A stretch of 64,000 nucleotides of DNA from contig JAIYCB010000050.1 in the NCBI GenBank assembly GCA_027488215.1, positions 5,543 through 69,542 on the forward strand, read 5' to 3'. Source of the DNA: Comamonadaceae bacterium (GTDB lineage: Bacteria; Pseudomonadota; Gammaproteobacteria; Burkholderiales; Burkholderiaceae_C). The position numbers and the translations under genes were made by a program. Below the pieces are notes generated by a model, which made no database searches, was not told the DNA's origin, and saw nothing but the letters and a program-made list of their open reading frames with translations. Of this stretch, positions 9,715 to 18,627 are shown piece by piece (the first letter of the stretch is position 1; each line of letters opens with the position of its first letter).

Positions 9715-10976
9715 CCGTCTGGCATCCCAACGACGATGGCCACGCCGACATCTCCAGACACGACAGCTATCTGAACGGCACGCCGCACAACACCTTCAAG
9801 CGTTTGCGCGACGAAGACCCCATGGCCTGGTGCGACTGGGCTGAGGGCAAGGGCTTCTGGTCGGTCACGCGCCATGCCGATATTTTGGAGCTCAACCGCA
9901 ACCACCAGCGCCTCAGTTCTGCACAGGGCATCCGCATGGAAGACCAGTCGCACGAGGAGTACATGGCGCGGCGGACTTTTCAAGAGACCGACCCGCCCGA
10001 ACACACCCGCACCCGCATGCTGGTGGCCAAGGCCTTTTCCAAGCCCATGATGGCGCTGTACGAAGACCAGATCCGCGAGCTGTGTGTGGGCATCCTCGAT
10101 CAGGCCCTGGCGCTGGGCGAGTTTGACGCCACGCACCAGATCGCCCGCCAGCTGCCCATGCGCATGCTCGGGCGCATCGCGGGCCTGCCTGAGGAGGACC
10201 TGGATTGGCTGGTGGACAAGGGCGATGCACTCATGGCCAACACCGACAGCGACTTCACCAGCCATGTGGTCGACAAAATGGACACCGAGGCCTACCGCTT
10301 CATGCCCTTTCGCTCGCCCGCCGGGGCCGACCTGTTCGACTACGCGGCCCAGCTGATGGAACGCAAGCGCAGCGCGGGCGACACCAGCGGCGTGCTGCAC
10401 CTGATCACCCAGCCCGATGCCCAGGGCCATGTGATCAGCGACACCGAGTTCCGCAACTTCTTTTGTCTGCTGGTGGCCGCGGGCAACGACACCACACGCT
10501 ATTCGATCGCCGCCGCCTTGCATGCGCTGGCCAACCAGCCGGGGCTGATGCAGCAACTCAAGGCGGTGCAGGGCGAAGCGGCTTGGGAGGGCGTGGCCGA
10601 CGAGTTCATCCGCTGGGCTTCACCCGCCACACACTTTCGCCGCACCGCGACCGAAGACTTTGAGTACCACGGCAAACATGTCAAAGCGGGCGACAAGGTG
10701 CTGCTCTGGTTCATCTCTGGCAACCGCGACGAGCGGGCTTTTGACCGGCCGTTCACCGTTGATCTGAGCCGGGGCGTGAACCGCCACCTGGCGTTTGGGC
10801 AGGGCGGGGCGCATGCCTGCTTGGGCATGTGGCTGGCGCGGCTGGAGTTGCGCGTGTTGATGCAAGAGCTGATCAAGCGCGTCGAGCGCATCGAGCAAAC
10901 GGGCGAGCACGCCTTTTTGCGATCCAACTTTGTCTCGGGCATCAAACGTTTGCCCGTGCGCATGCACCTGATCTGA
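9711..10976 (+). CDS. Cytochrome P450
   Basis: I-helix AAGNDTT, ExxR (EFIR), heme ligand FGQGGAHACLG. Confidence 0.96.
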   Translation: MTVWHPNDDGHADISRHDSYLNGTPHNTFKRLRDEDPMAWCDWAEGKGFWSVTRHADILELNRNHQRLSSAQGIRMEDQSHEEYMARRTFQETDPPEHTRTRMLVAKAFSKPMMALYEDQIRELCVGILDQALALGEFDATHQIARQLPMRMLGRIAGLPEEDLDWLVDKGDALMANTDSDFTSHVVDKMDTEAYRFMPFRSPAGADLFDYAAQLMERKRSAGDTSGVLHLITQPDAQGHVISDTEFRNFFCLLVAAGNDTTRYSIAAALHALANQPGLMQQLKAVQGEAAWEGVADEFIRWASPATHFRRTATEDFEYHGKHVKAGDKVLLWFISGNRDERAFDRPFTVDLSRGVNRHLAFGQGGAHACLGMWLARLELRVLMQELIKRVERIEQTGEHAFLRSNFVSGIKRLPVRMHLI

Positions 10977-10987
10977 AAGGAACCACC

Positions 10988-12280
10988 ATGTCGAATGTTC
11001 AAGAACGCCTGCGGGTGCTGTTTTGTGACCACCTGGCCATTGCGCGTGGCAAATACGTCACGCTCCAACCCGGGCAGGGCGGCGGTGCCCGTTTTTGCCG
11101 GGGCACTTTTGGCGTCACTTACGAAAAAGAGCTGATCCCAGCTCCGGGCGCGATGGTCATGGAAGGCCTGCCCGACATGGAGGCCGTCTACACCCCCGAG
11201 GACATCCGCCCCGGCTGGCAGCCGTTCACCCAGGTCGCGGTGGGTGACCTCAAGGCCAACGACGGCACCCCTCTGCCCATGTGCGGGCGCAGTGCCTTGA
11301 AGCGCGCCGTGGCCGACTGGCAAGCCACGGGCTACGACCCGATGGTGGGCATTGAGCTCGAAGCCTTTGCCTTCCAGATCGAGCCCGACGGCTCTCTCAA
11401 ACCTTACGACACGCCTGCAGCCCATGTGTATTCAACCGGTCCATTCTCCGACCCCCGGGGCTTCACCGACGCCCTGTGGGAAAAAGCCACGGCCGCGGGC
11501 TTTCGCATCGACAGCATGAACACCGAATACGACGCGCCGCAGTTCGAGTTCACGCTCACCTACGACCGCGCCGTCAAGGCGGTGGACGACATTTTTTTGT
11601 TCCGTCTGCTGGCGCGTGAGGTGGCTTTTCAGCACGGCATCGTGTTGACCTTCATGCCCAAACCGATCCTCACGGTGGGCGGCAGCGGCGTGCACATCAA
11701 TTTCAGCCTGCGCGACGACCAAGGCCACAACGCGATCTCGGGCGGGCACGACGCCAGCCAGTTCAACGCCTTGACGCTGGGCTGCACCGCCGGGCTGATG
11801 CACCACCACCAGGCGCTGGCGGGTTTATTGGCTCCGTGCGCCAATTCTTACCAACGCCTGCAACCGGCCAGCCTATCGGGTTTCTGGCAAAACTGGGCGG
11901 TGGACCACCGGGGCGTCACGGTGCGCCTGTCGGCCGAAAGCGGCCCCGGCGCGCGCATCGAGCACCGCATGGGCGACGCGGCGGCCAACCCCTACACCCA
12001 CACCGCCGCCGTGCTGCAGGCCGCCCGTCTGGGCGTGGCCAACGCCTATTCACTGCAGCCCATCGAGACCGGCGATTGCCTGGAAAACAAGGACGCCACC
12101 CAAAGCGTGCCGGGCACCTTGGCGGGTGCCTTAGACGCGCTCGAAGCCGACACGGCGCTCACGCAAGCGCTGGGCGAAGGCTTGGTGGCCAACCATGTGG
12201 GCATCAAGCGCCACGAGATCGAACGCACCGCAGGCCTCGAAGGCGACGCGCTGCGCGATCACTACATCCGATTTATCTGA
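10988..12280 (+). CDS. Glutamine synthetase-like protein (putative gamma-glutamyl-amine ligase)
   Basis: GIELEAF, EYDAPQFE, TFMPKP...GSGVHINFSL, RIEHRMGDAAANPY; start MSNVQE after AAGGA RBS. Confidence 0.9.
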   Translation: MSNVQERLRVLFCDHLAIARGKYVTLQPGQGGGARFCRGTFGVTYEKELIPAPGAMVMEGLPDMEAVYTPEDIRPGWQPFTQVAVGDLKANDGTPLPMCGRSALKRAVADWQATGYDPMVGIELEAFAFQIEPDGSLKPYDTPAAHVYSTGPFSDPRGFTDALWEKATAAGFRIDSMNTEYDAPQFEFTLTYDRAVKAVDDIFLFRLLAREVAFQHGIVLTFMPKPILTVGGSGVHINFSLRDDQGHNAISGGHDASQFNALTLGCTAGLMHHHQALAGLLAPCANSYQRLQPASLSGFWQNWAVDHRGVTVRLSAESGPGARIEHRMGDAAANPYTHTAAVLQAARLGVANAYSLQPIETGDCLENKDATQSVPGTLAGALDALEADTALTQALGEGLVANHVGIKRHEIERTAGLEGDALRDHYIRFI

Positions 12281-12298
12281 TCTGAAAGAACCCACCCC

Positions 12299-12613
12299 AT
12301 GCCCCAAGTGCACTGGATCATGAGCAACGGCGAGCGCGTGAGCGATGACGTGAACGACGGCACCAACCTGATGGACGCCGCGCAGATGAACGGCATCCCC
12401 GGCGTGGCGGGCGAATGTGGCGGCTGCCTGTCGTGCGCCACCTGCCATGTGTATGTCGATGAAGCCTGGCTGGTCGCCTGCCCACCGATGGACGAGGTGG
12501 AAAACGCCATGCTGGACATCGTCATCGCACCCCGCCAGACGGGCAGCCGCCTGAGCTGCCAGCTGATCGCGTCGAATGCGCTCGATGGCATCGTGCTGCA
12601 CGTACCTGACTGA
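12299..12613 (+). CDS. 2Fe-2S ferredoxin, putidaredoxin/adrenodoxin type
   Basis: GECGGCLSCATCHVYV and RLSCQL cysteine pattern. Confidence 0.95.
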   Translation: MPQVHWIMSNGERVSDDVNDGTNLMDAAQMNGIPGVAGECGGCLSCATCHVYVDEAWLVACPPMDEVENAMLDIVIAPRQTGSRLSCQLIASNALDGIVLHVPD

Positions 12614-12622
12614 AAGAGATTG

Positions 12623-14107
12623 ATGAAACAAGAACAGATCGACGCGCTGCGCCACCTGCCTATCTCTGATCAGGGTCTGCTGATCGATGGGCAATGGACG
12701 GCTGCGGCATCCGGCCAGAACTTGCCTGTGGTTTCACCCATCGACGGACAACAGCTCTGCACCATCGCCGCTGCCGGACAAACGGATGTCGACCGCGCTG
12801 TGCAGGCGGCCCGGCGCACTTTTGAGCAAGGCGTGTGGTCGCGCATGGCGCCTGCCGAGCGCAAGAAGGTGCTGCACCGCATTGCCGATCGCATTGAGGC
12901 CCACCACGCCGAGCTGGCGGTGCTGGGTGTGCGCGACAACGGCACCGAAATTGCCATGGCCTGGAAGGCCGAGCCGGGCAGCGCGGCGGGCACCTTCCGC
13001 TACTACGCCGAGTGCGTGGACAAGATCAATGGCGAGATCGCACCGACCCCCGAGGGCACCTTGGGGCTGATCCACAAGGAGCCGGTGGGCGTGGTCGCGG
13101 CCATCGTGCCGTGGAACTTTCCTTTGATGATCGGCGCCTGGAAGATCGCCCCTGCGCTGGCGGCAGGCAACTCGTTGGTGCTCAAACCCTCCGAAGACGC
13201 GTCGCTTTCTTTGTTGCGTCTCGCACAGCTGTGTTTGGATGCGGGCTTGCCACCGGGCGTGCTCCATGTGGTCACGGGCACGGGCGCAGAGGCAGGTGAA
13301 GCGTTGGCGCGGCACATGGACGTGGACATCCTCACTTTCACTGGCTCCGGCCCGGTGGGGCGCCTGTTGCTCAAGGCTTCGGCTGAATCCAACCTCAAGC
13401 GGGTGTATCTGGAGCTGGGGGGCAAGTCGCCCAACATCGTTTTTGATGATGCGCCCGATCTGGCGCAGGCCGCCAAAGTCTCGGCCATGGGCATCTTCCG
13501 CAACAGCGGGCAGGTGTGTGTGGCGGGCTCGCGCTTGCTGGTGCAGCGCTCGGTGCATGACGAATTTGTGGAGCGTCTGCACAAGATCGCGGCCAACCTG
13601 CGCGTGGGTGACCCGCTGGATGTGACGACCGAGATCGGTGCGGTGAGCAGCGCCCGGCAATTGGCCAAAAATTTGGCTGCGGTGCAGACCGCGCAGCACC
13701 AGGGCGCTCGCCTGCGCGTGGGCGGCGGGGTTTTGCAACCCGTGGCGGGCGGAAGTTACATGGCACCTGCTTTGTTTGACCGTGTGACGCCCGACATGAC
13801 CTTGGCACGCGAAGAAGTCTTTGGCCCGGTGCTGGCGGTCTTGCCCTTTGACGACGAGGCCGAGGCGGTGCGCCTGGCCAACGATTCGACCTATGGCCTG
13901 GCGTCTGCCGTGTGGACCGGCAGCCTCTCGCGTGCGCATCGCATGGTGCGCGCCATCAAGGCTGGGGTGGTGCACGTCAACACCTACGGCGGCCCTGATG
14001 TGACGGTGCCGCTGGGCGGCGTGCGGCAGTCGGGCAATGGGCACGACAAATCGATGCACGCCATGGACAAATACCTGGACCTGAAGACCGCCTGGATTCA
14101 GCTCTGA
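12623..14107 (+). CDS. Aldehyde dehydrogenase, PuuC-like
   Basis: IVPWNFPL, FTGSGPVG, LELGGKSP, NSGQVCVAG (catalytic Cys), EEVFGPV. Confidence 0.93.
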   Translation: MKQEQIDALRHLPISDQGLLIDGQWTAAASGQNLPVVSPIDGQQLCTIAAAGQTDVDRAVQAARRTFEQGVWSRMAPAERKKVLHRIADRIEAHHAELAVLGVRDNGTEIAMAWKAEPGSAAGTFRYYAECVDKINGEIAPTPEGTLGLIHKEPVGVVAAIVPWNFPLMIGAWKIAPALAAGNSLVLKPSEDASLSLLRLAQLCLDAGLPPGVLHVVTGTGAEAGEALARHMDVDILTFTGSGPVGRLLLKASAESNLKRVYLELGGKSPNIVFDDAPDLAQAAKVSAMGIFRNSGQVCVAGSRLLVQRSVHDEFVERLHKIAANLRVGDPLDVTTEIGAVSSARQLAKNLAAVQTAQHQGARLRVGGGVLQPVAGGSYMAPALFDRVTPDMTLAREEVFGPVLAVLPFDDEAEAVRLANDSTYGLASAVWTGSLSRAHRMVRAIKAGVVHVNTYGGPDVTVPLGGVRQSGNGHDKSMHAMDKYLDLKTAWIQL

Positions 14108-14124
14108 AAAACCAAGAGAACACC

Positions 14125-15489
14125 ATGAACAACGACCAACTCAAGGCCGACAATGCCCAATACCTGTGGCACCCCATGGCCCACCCGGGGGCGATGAAAA
14201 AATCCACGCCCGACATCATCGCCAAGGGCGAAGGCTGCTGGATCTGGGACGTGGACGGCCACAAGATGCTCGATGGCGTGGGGGGCCTGTGGGCCTGTAA
14301 TCTGGGTCACAGCAACAAGCCGGTGCGCGACGCCATCGTGGCGCAGATGGACGAGCTGCCCTTTTACAACGTGTTTCGCGGCACCACCCATGTGCGGGCG
14401 ATCGAATTGTCCAAGCGATTGGTCCAATTGATGCAGCCCGAGGTCGTGGCCACGGTGATGTTTTCTACTGGCGGCTCTGACGCGGTGGAAGGTGCGCTGA
14501 AAGTGGCGCGCCAGTACTGGAAGCTCAAGGGCCAGGCAGACCGCTTCAAGTTCATCAGCCTGCGCCAGGGCTACCACGGCGTGCACTTTGGCGGCATGAG
14601 CGTGAACGGCAACACCAACTTCCGCCGCGCCTACGAGCCCTTGCTGCCCGGGTGCTTTCACATCGACACGCCCTGGGCTTATCACAACCCCTACACAGAT
14701 GACCCGATCCGCTTGGGCGAAATCTGCGCCGAGCTGCTGGAGCGCGAAATCGTGTTCCAGGGGCCGGACACGGTGGCAGCCTTCATCGCCGAGCCGGTGC
14801 AGGGTGCGGGCGGCGTGATCGTGCCGCCCCCCAACTACTGGCCGCTGGTGCGCCAGATTTGCGACAAGTACGGCGTGCTGCTGATTGCCGACGAGGTGGT
14901 GACCGGTTTTGGCCGCAGTGGCGAGCTGTTCGGCACGCGCCTGTGGGGCGTGAATGCTGACATGTGGTGCCTGGCCAAGGGCATTTCTTCGGGCTACATC
15001 CCCTTGGGGGCCACGGCCATCAACCGCCGCATTGCCGAGGTGTTTGACGCAGACACCACAGGCACGGCCTCGGTCTCGCACGGCTACACCTACAGCGCCC
15101 ACCCGATCGCAGCCGCTGCGGCGCTGGCCACACTCGACCAGATCGAGGCGCTGGACATTCCGGGCAACGCCGCCCGCGTGGGTGCGCACCTTCAGACCCG
15201 CTTGCGCAAACTGGTGGATACCTGCAGCTTTGTGGGCGACGTGCGGGGCGTGGGCCTGATGCTGGGCATCGAGATGGTGAGCGACAAGGCTAAACGCACG
15301 CCCATGGCCCGCAGCAGCGACATCCCGGCGCGGGTGGCCAAGGCAGCCTACAAGGCGGGCCTGATGGTGCGCATTTCCGGGCCCAACCTGATCCTGTCAC
15401 CGCCGCTGGTCATCACCCGTGAGGAGGTGGACTTCATGTGCGATGTGCTCGAAGGTGCGTTTGCCGCGGTGCAGGAGGGCCGGGCATGA
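14125..15489 (+). CDS. Class III (omega-amine) PLP aminotransferase
   Basis: GGLWACNLGH, GYHGVHFG, FIAEPVQGAGG, DEVVTGFGRSG, LAKGI (PLP Lys), HGYTYSAHP. Confidence 0.94.
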   Translation: MNNDQLKADNAQYLWHPMAHPGAMKKSTPDIIAKGEGCWIWDVDGHKMLDGVGGLWACNLGHSNKPVRDAIVAQMDELPFYNVFRGTTHVRAIELSKRLVQLMQPEVVATVMFSTGGSDAVEGALKVARQYWKLKGQADRFKFISLRQGYHGVHFGGMSVNGNTNFRRAYEPLLPGCFHIDTPWAYHNPYTDDPIRLGEICAELLEREIVFQGPDTVAAFIAEPVQGAGGVIVPPPNYWPLVRQICDKYGVLLIADEVVTGFGRSGELFGTRLWGVNADMWCLAKGISSGYIPLGATAINRRIAEVFDADTTGTASVSHGYTYSAHPIAAAAALATLDQIEALDIPGNAARVGAHLQTRLRKLVDTCSFVGDVRGVGLMLGIEMVSDKAKRTPMARSSDIPARVAKAAYKAGLMVRISGPNLILSPPLVITREEVDFMCDVLEGAFAAVQEGRA

Positions 15490-16745
15490 CGAGCCCTGTC
15501 ATCTTGATCGTGGGCACCGTCGACACCAAGAGCGACGAGATCGGCTTCATGCGCGAGCAGGTGCAAGCCGCAGGCGGGCAGGCGCTGATCATGGACGTGG
15601 GGGTGCTGGCCAAAGGGCAGGTGACGCCCGATGTGGCCAACACCGATGTGGCCCAAGCCGCAGGCGTAACGCTGCAGCAGGTGATGGACAGCGGCGACGA
15701 AAACAGCGCCATGGCCTTGATGGCCCAAGGTGCCAGCGTTCTGGCCGCCGAGATGCACCGGGAAGGGCAGATCGACGGCTTGCTGGTGCTGGGCGGCACC
15801 ATGGGCACCGACCTGGCGCTCGACGTGGCCAGCAGCTTGCCGCTGGGCGTGCCCAAGGTGGTGTTGTCCACGGTGGCGTTTTCGCCCCTGTTGCCGCCCG
15901 AGCGCATGCCGCCCGATTTGATGATGGTGCTGTGGGCAGGCGGTCTGTACGGCCTCAACAGCCTGTGCCAGTCTGCCTTGGCGCAAGCCGCAGGGGCAGT
16001 GGTGGGGGCTTGCCGCGTGGCGCGCGTGCCGCGCTTTGAACGGCCGGTGGTGGGCATGACCTCATTGGGTTCGAGCTGTCTGAAATACATGGTGCAACTC
16101 AAACCCGAACTCGATCAACGTGGTTTTGATTTGGCGGTCTTCCACACCACAGGCATGGGGGGCCGGGCTTTTGAATCGCTGGCCGCGCAAGGCCAGTTCG
16201 CCTGCGTGATGGACTTCAGCCTGCAGGAGCTGGTCAACCAGATGGGCGGCTCGGTGGTGAGTGCCGGGCCTGACCGTTTGATGGGTGCTGGCCTGAAAGG
16301 CGTACCTATGATCGTCGCCCCCGGGGCCACCGATCTGGTGGACTACCCAGCCTGGGGCGATATGCCCAGCCGCTTTGCCGGGCGGCCCTCGCATGACCAC
16401 AACCGTTTGATCGCCTCGGTGGGCATCGACGCCGACATGCGCCGCGAATTCGCTCGCGAGATGGCCAGCCGCTTGCGCAAGGCCAAAGGCCCGGTGCACC
16501 TGGTGCTGCCTTTGCAAGGCATCGAAGAGTGGGACCGACCCGGTGCGCCGATGCACGATGCCGAAGGCCTGGCTGCACTCATGGACGAATGCGGCCAATG
16601 CGATTGGGGCGCGGCCGAGGTCTCGCGCATCGACGCCCACATCAACGACGCGGCGTTTGTGCAGCAGGTGCTTTCGGTGTTCGACGATTGGCTGGCCAAA
16701 GGGCTGGTGGTGTCTGCTGCGGGCATGAAAGTGACCCATGTCTGA
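15486..16745 (+). CDS. Tm-1-like ATP-binding domain protein (UPF0261)
   Basis: IVGTVDTKSDE N-terminal motif, GGTMGT, LPLGVPKVVLST, FHTTGMGGRAFE, IDAHIND; ATG overlaps aminotransferase stop. Confidence 0.85.
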   Translation: MTSPVILIVGTVDTKSDEIGFMREQVQAAGGQALIMDVGVLAKGQVTPDVANTDVAQAAGVTLQQVMDSGDENSAMALMAQGASVLAAEMHREGQIDGLLVLGGTMGTDLALDVASSLPLGVPKVVLSTVAFSPLLPPERMPPDLMMVLWAGGLYGLNSLCQSALAQAAGAVVGACRVARVPRFERPVVGMTSLGSSCLKYMVQLKPELDQRGFDLAVFHTTGMGGRAFESLAAQGQFACVMDFSLQELVNQMGGSVVSAGPDRLMGAGLKGVPMIVAPGATDLVDYPAWGDMPSRFAGRPSHDHNRLIASVGIDADMRREFAREMASRLRKAKGPVHLVLPLQGIEEWDRPGAPMHDAEGLAALMDECGQCDWGAAEVSRIDAHINDAAFVQQVLSVFDDWLAKGLVVSAAGMKVTHV

Positions 16746-17406
16746 TGCGTTGCGGCCCGAAGACAAGGCCCTGATTCTGGACTTTGGCGGCGTCATCAGC
16801 CGCACCCTGTTTGAAACCCATGCCTTGAGCGAGACCGCTTTGGGCTTGGCTGCCGGAACGCTGACCTGGCAAGGCCCGTTTGCGCCTGACACCGATGCGC
16901 TGTGGCAAGCCATGCAGGCCGATCAGATCAGTGAACGCGATTACTGGATGCAGCGCACCCGCGAGGTCGGACGTTTGTTGGGTGAAGACTGGACCGAGAT
17001 GCAAACCTTTGTGCAGCGCGCTCGGGGGGCTGATGTTGCGGCTGTGATCCGGCCTGAGGCGGTGGCGGCCATTCACCAGGCCAAGGCGCTGGGCTACAAG
17101 TTGGGCATTTTGTCCAACGAGCTGGATCTGTTTTATGGCGCGGATTTTCGCGAGCGTTTGCCCTTGCTCCAACAGTTTGACGTGATCGTGGACGCCACCT
17201 ACACTCAGATCCTCAAACCTGATCCACGCGCTTACCAAGCTTGTTTGCAAGCCTTGGGGGTGCGGGCCGAGCATGCGACTTTTGTTGACGACCAACTGCG
17301 TAACGTGGCGGGGGCACAGCGCTGCGGCCTGCCGGTGGTGCATTTGGATGTTTGCCAACCCGGTGTCGGTTTTGCAAAAGCCCTGCAGATGCTGGCGGGG
17401 TTGTGA
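16738..17406 (+). CDS. HAD-IA family hydrolase/phosphatase
   Basis: ILDFGGV (motif I variant), LSNE (II), KPDPRAY (III), FVDD (IV). Confidence 0.85.
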   Translation: MSDALRPEDKALILDFGGVISRTLFETHALSETALGLAAGTLTWQGPFAPDTDALWQAMQADQISERDYWMQRTREVGRLLGEDWTEMQTFVQRARGADVAAVIRPEAVAAIHQAKALGYKLGILSNELDLFYGADFRERLPLLQQFDVIVDATYTQILKPDPRAYQACLQALGVRAEHATFVDDQLRNVAGAQRCGLPVVHLDVCQPGVGFAKALQMLAGL

Positions 17407-17486
17407 TGCTCTGCGCCCAGCAGTGGCCAAAGGCAAGGCAGGGCATGAACGGGGTGGCTTGACTCAGGAAGACATTATTGGGGTCG

Positions 17487-17509
17487 GGGCTGGGGGGACA
17501 CCCCAGCCC
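17487..17509. other. GC hairpin at the right end of the P450 cluster
   Basis: GGGCTGGGG-ggaca-CCCCAGCCC, perfect 9-bp inverted repeat, no poly-T tail. Confidence 0.5.
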
Positions 17510-17569
17510 ACGCCCGTATTTGCAAAAACTTTATGATGCCGTTTTCCAAACAAAACCAGGAGACACGAC

Positions 17570-18565
17570 ATGAACGATTGGAACCCATCGGGCCAACGCC
17601 GCGATTTTTTGAAGGCCATGGCCGCCGTGACGGCTACCTTGCCCCTCTGGGTACAAGCCCAAAGCAACTGGCCCTCCAAATCGGTGACCATGGTCGTGCC
17701 TTTCCCTGCTGGTGGCGGTACCGATGCGTTTGCAAGGCCATTGTCTGCCCAGTTTGCCAAGCTGACGGGCAAACAACTCATCATTGACAACCGGGGAGGC
17801 GCGGGCGGCACTTTAGGCGCTGGCGTGGCCGCCAAATCGGCGCCCGATGGCTACAACTTGTTCATGGGCGCGGTACACCACACCATTGCGCCCAGCATGT
17901 ACCCCAAGCTCGATTACGACCTGGAGCGTGACCTGACTCCCCTGATTTTGGTAGCCAATGTGCCCCAAGTGCTGGTGGTCAACCCGAGGAAAGTGCAGGT
18001 GGCGGACTTCAAGGCTTTCCTGGAAATGGTCAAGAAGAACCCTGGGCGCCTGAATTACGGTTCAGCAGGCGGTGGCACTTCTCATCATTTGGCAGGAGAA
18101 TTGTTCAAGCTGCAGACCCAAACCTTCATTACCCATATCCCCTACCGCGGCGCTGGCCCAGCCCTTCAAGATCTGATTGCCGGCAATGTGGACATGATGT
18201 TCGATGGCTTGGGTTCCTCAGCTGCGCACATCAAAGGTGGTCGCATCAAGGCCCTCATGGTTTCAGGCGCTAAACGCAACGCGGCTTTCCCGGATGTGCC
18301 GTGTTCTGCCGAGTTGGGTTTGCCCGATTACACCGTGTCCACTTGGTATGGCGTTTGGGCACCTAAAGGCACGCCCGCTGACGCCCAGACTCGGGCCATC
18401 GAAGAGATTCGCCGTGCCTGCCAGACCGATGAGGCCAAAGCCGTCTGGGCCAACCAAGGAGCGGAATTCCCCAACCTCACCACCTCCCAATTTGAAGCTT
18501 TCATCAAGAAAGAACTGGCCAAGTGGTCACAAGTGGTCAAGGCCTCGGGGGCCAAGCTCGACTGA
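17570..18565 (+). CDS. Bug/TctC tripartite tricarboxylate transporter substrate-binding protein
   Basis: Tat-like RRDFLK signal, VVPFPAGGGTD, DNRGGAGG, IPYRGAGPALQDL. Confidence 0.92.
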   Translation: MNDWNPSGQRRDFLKAMAAVTATLPLWVQAQSNWPSKSVTMVVPFPAGGGTDAFARPLSAQFAKLTGKQLIIDNRGGAGGTLGAGVAAKSAPDGYNLFMGAVHHTIAPSMYPKLDYDLERDLTPLILVANVPQVLVVNPRKVQVADFKAFLEMVKKNPGRLNYGSAGGGTSHHLAGELFKLQTQTFITHIPYRGAGPALQDLIAGNVDMMFDGLGSSAAHIKGGRIKALMVSGAKRNAAFPDVPCSAELGLPDYTVSTWYGVWAPKGTPADAQTRAIEEIRRACQTDEAKAVWANQGAEFPNLTTSQFEAFIKKELAKWSQVVKASGAKLD

Positions 18566-18584
18566 TTTTGGCACTGCATGCATC

Positions 18585-18607
18585 GGGCCTGTGCGCAGGC
18601 CCTTTTT
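18585..18607 (+). terminator. Intrinsic terminator-like hairpin between Bug gene and matB
   Basis: GGGCCTG-tgcg-CAGGCCC-TTTTT. Confidence 0.65.
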
Positions 18608-18627
18608 CACGCTTTCAATTTGAAACC

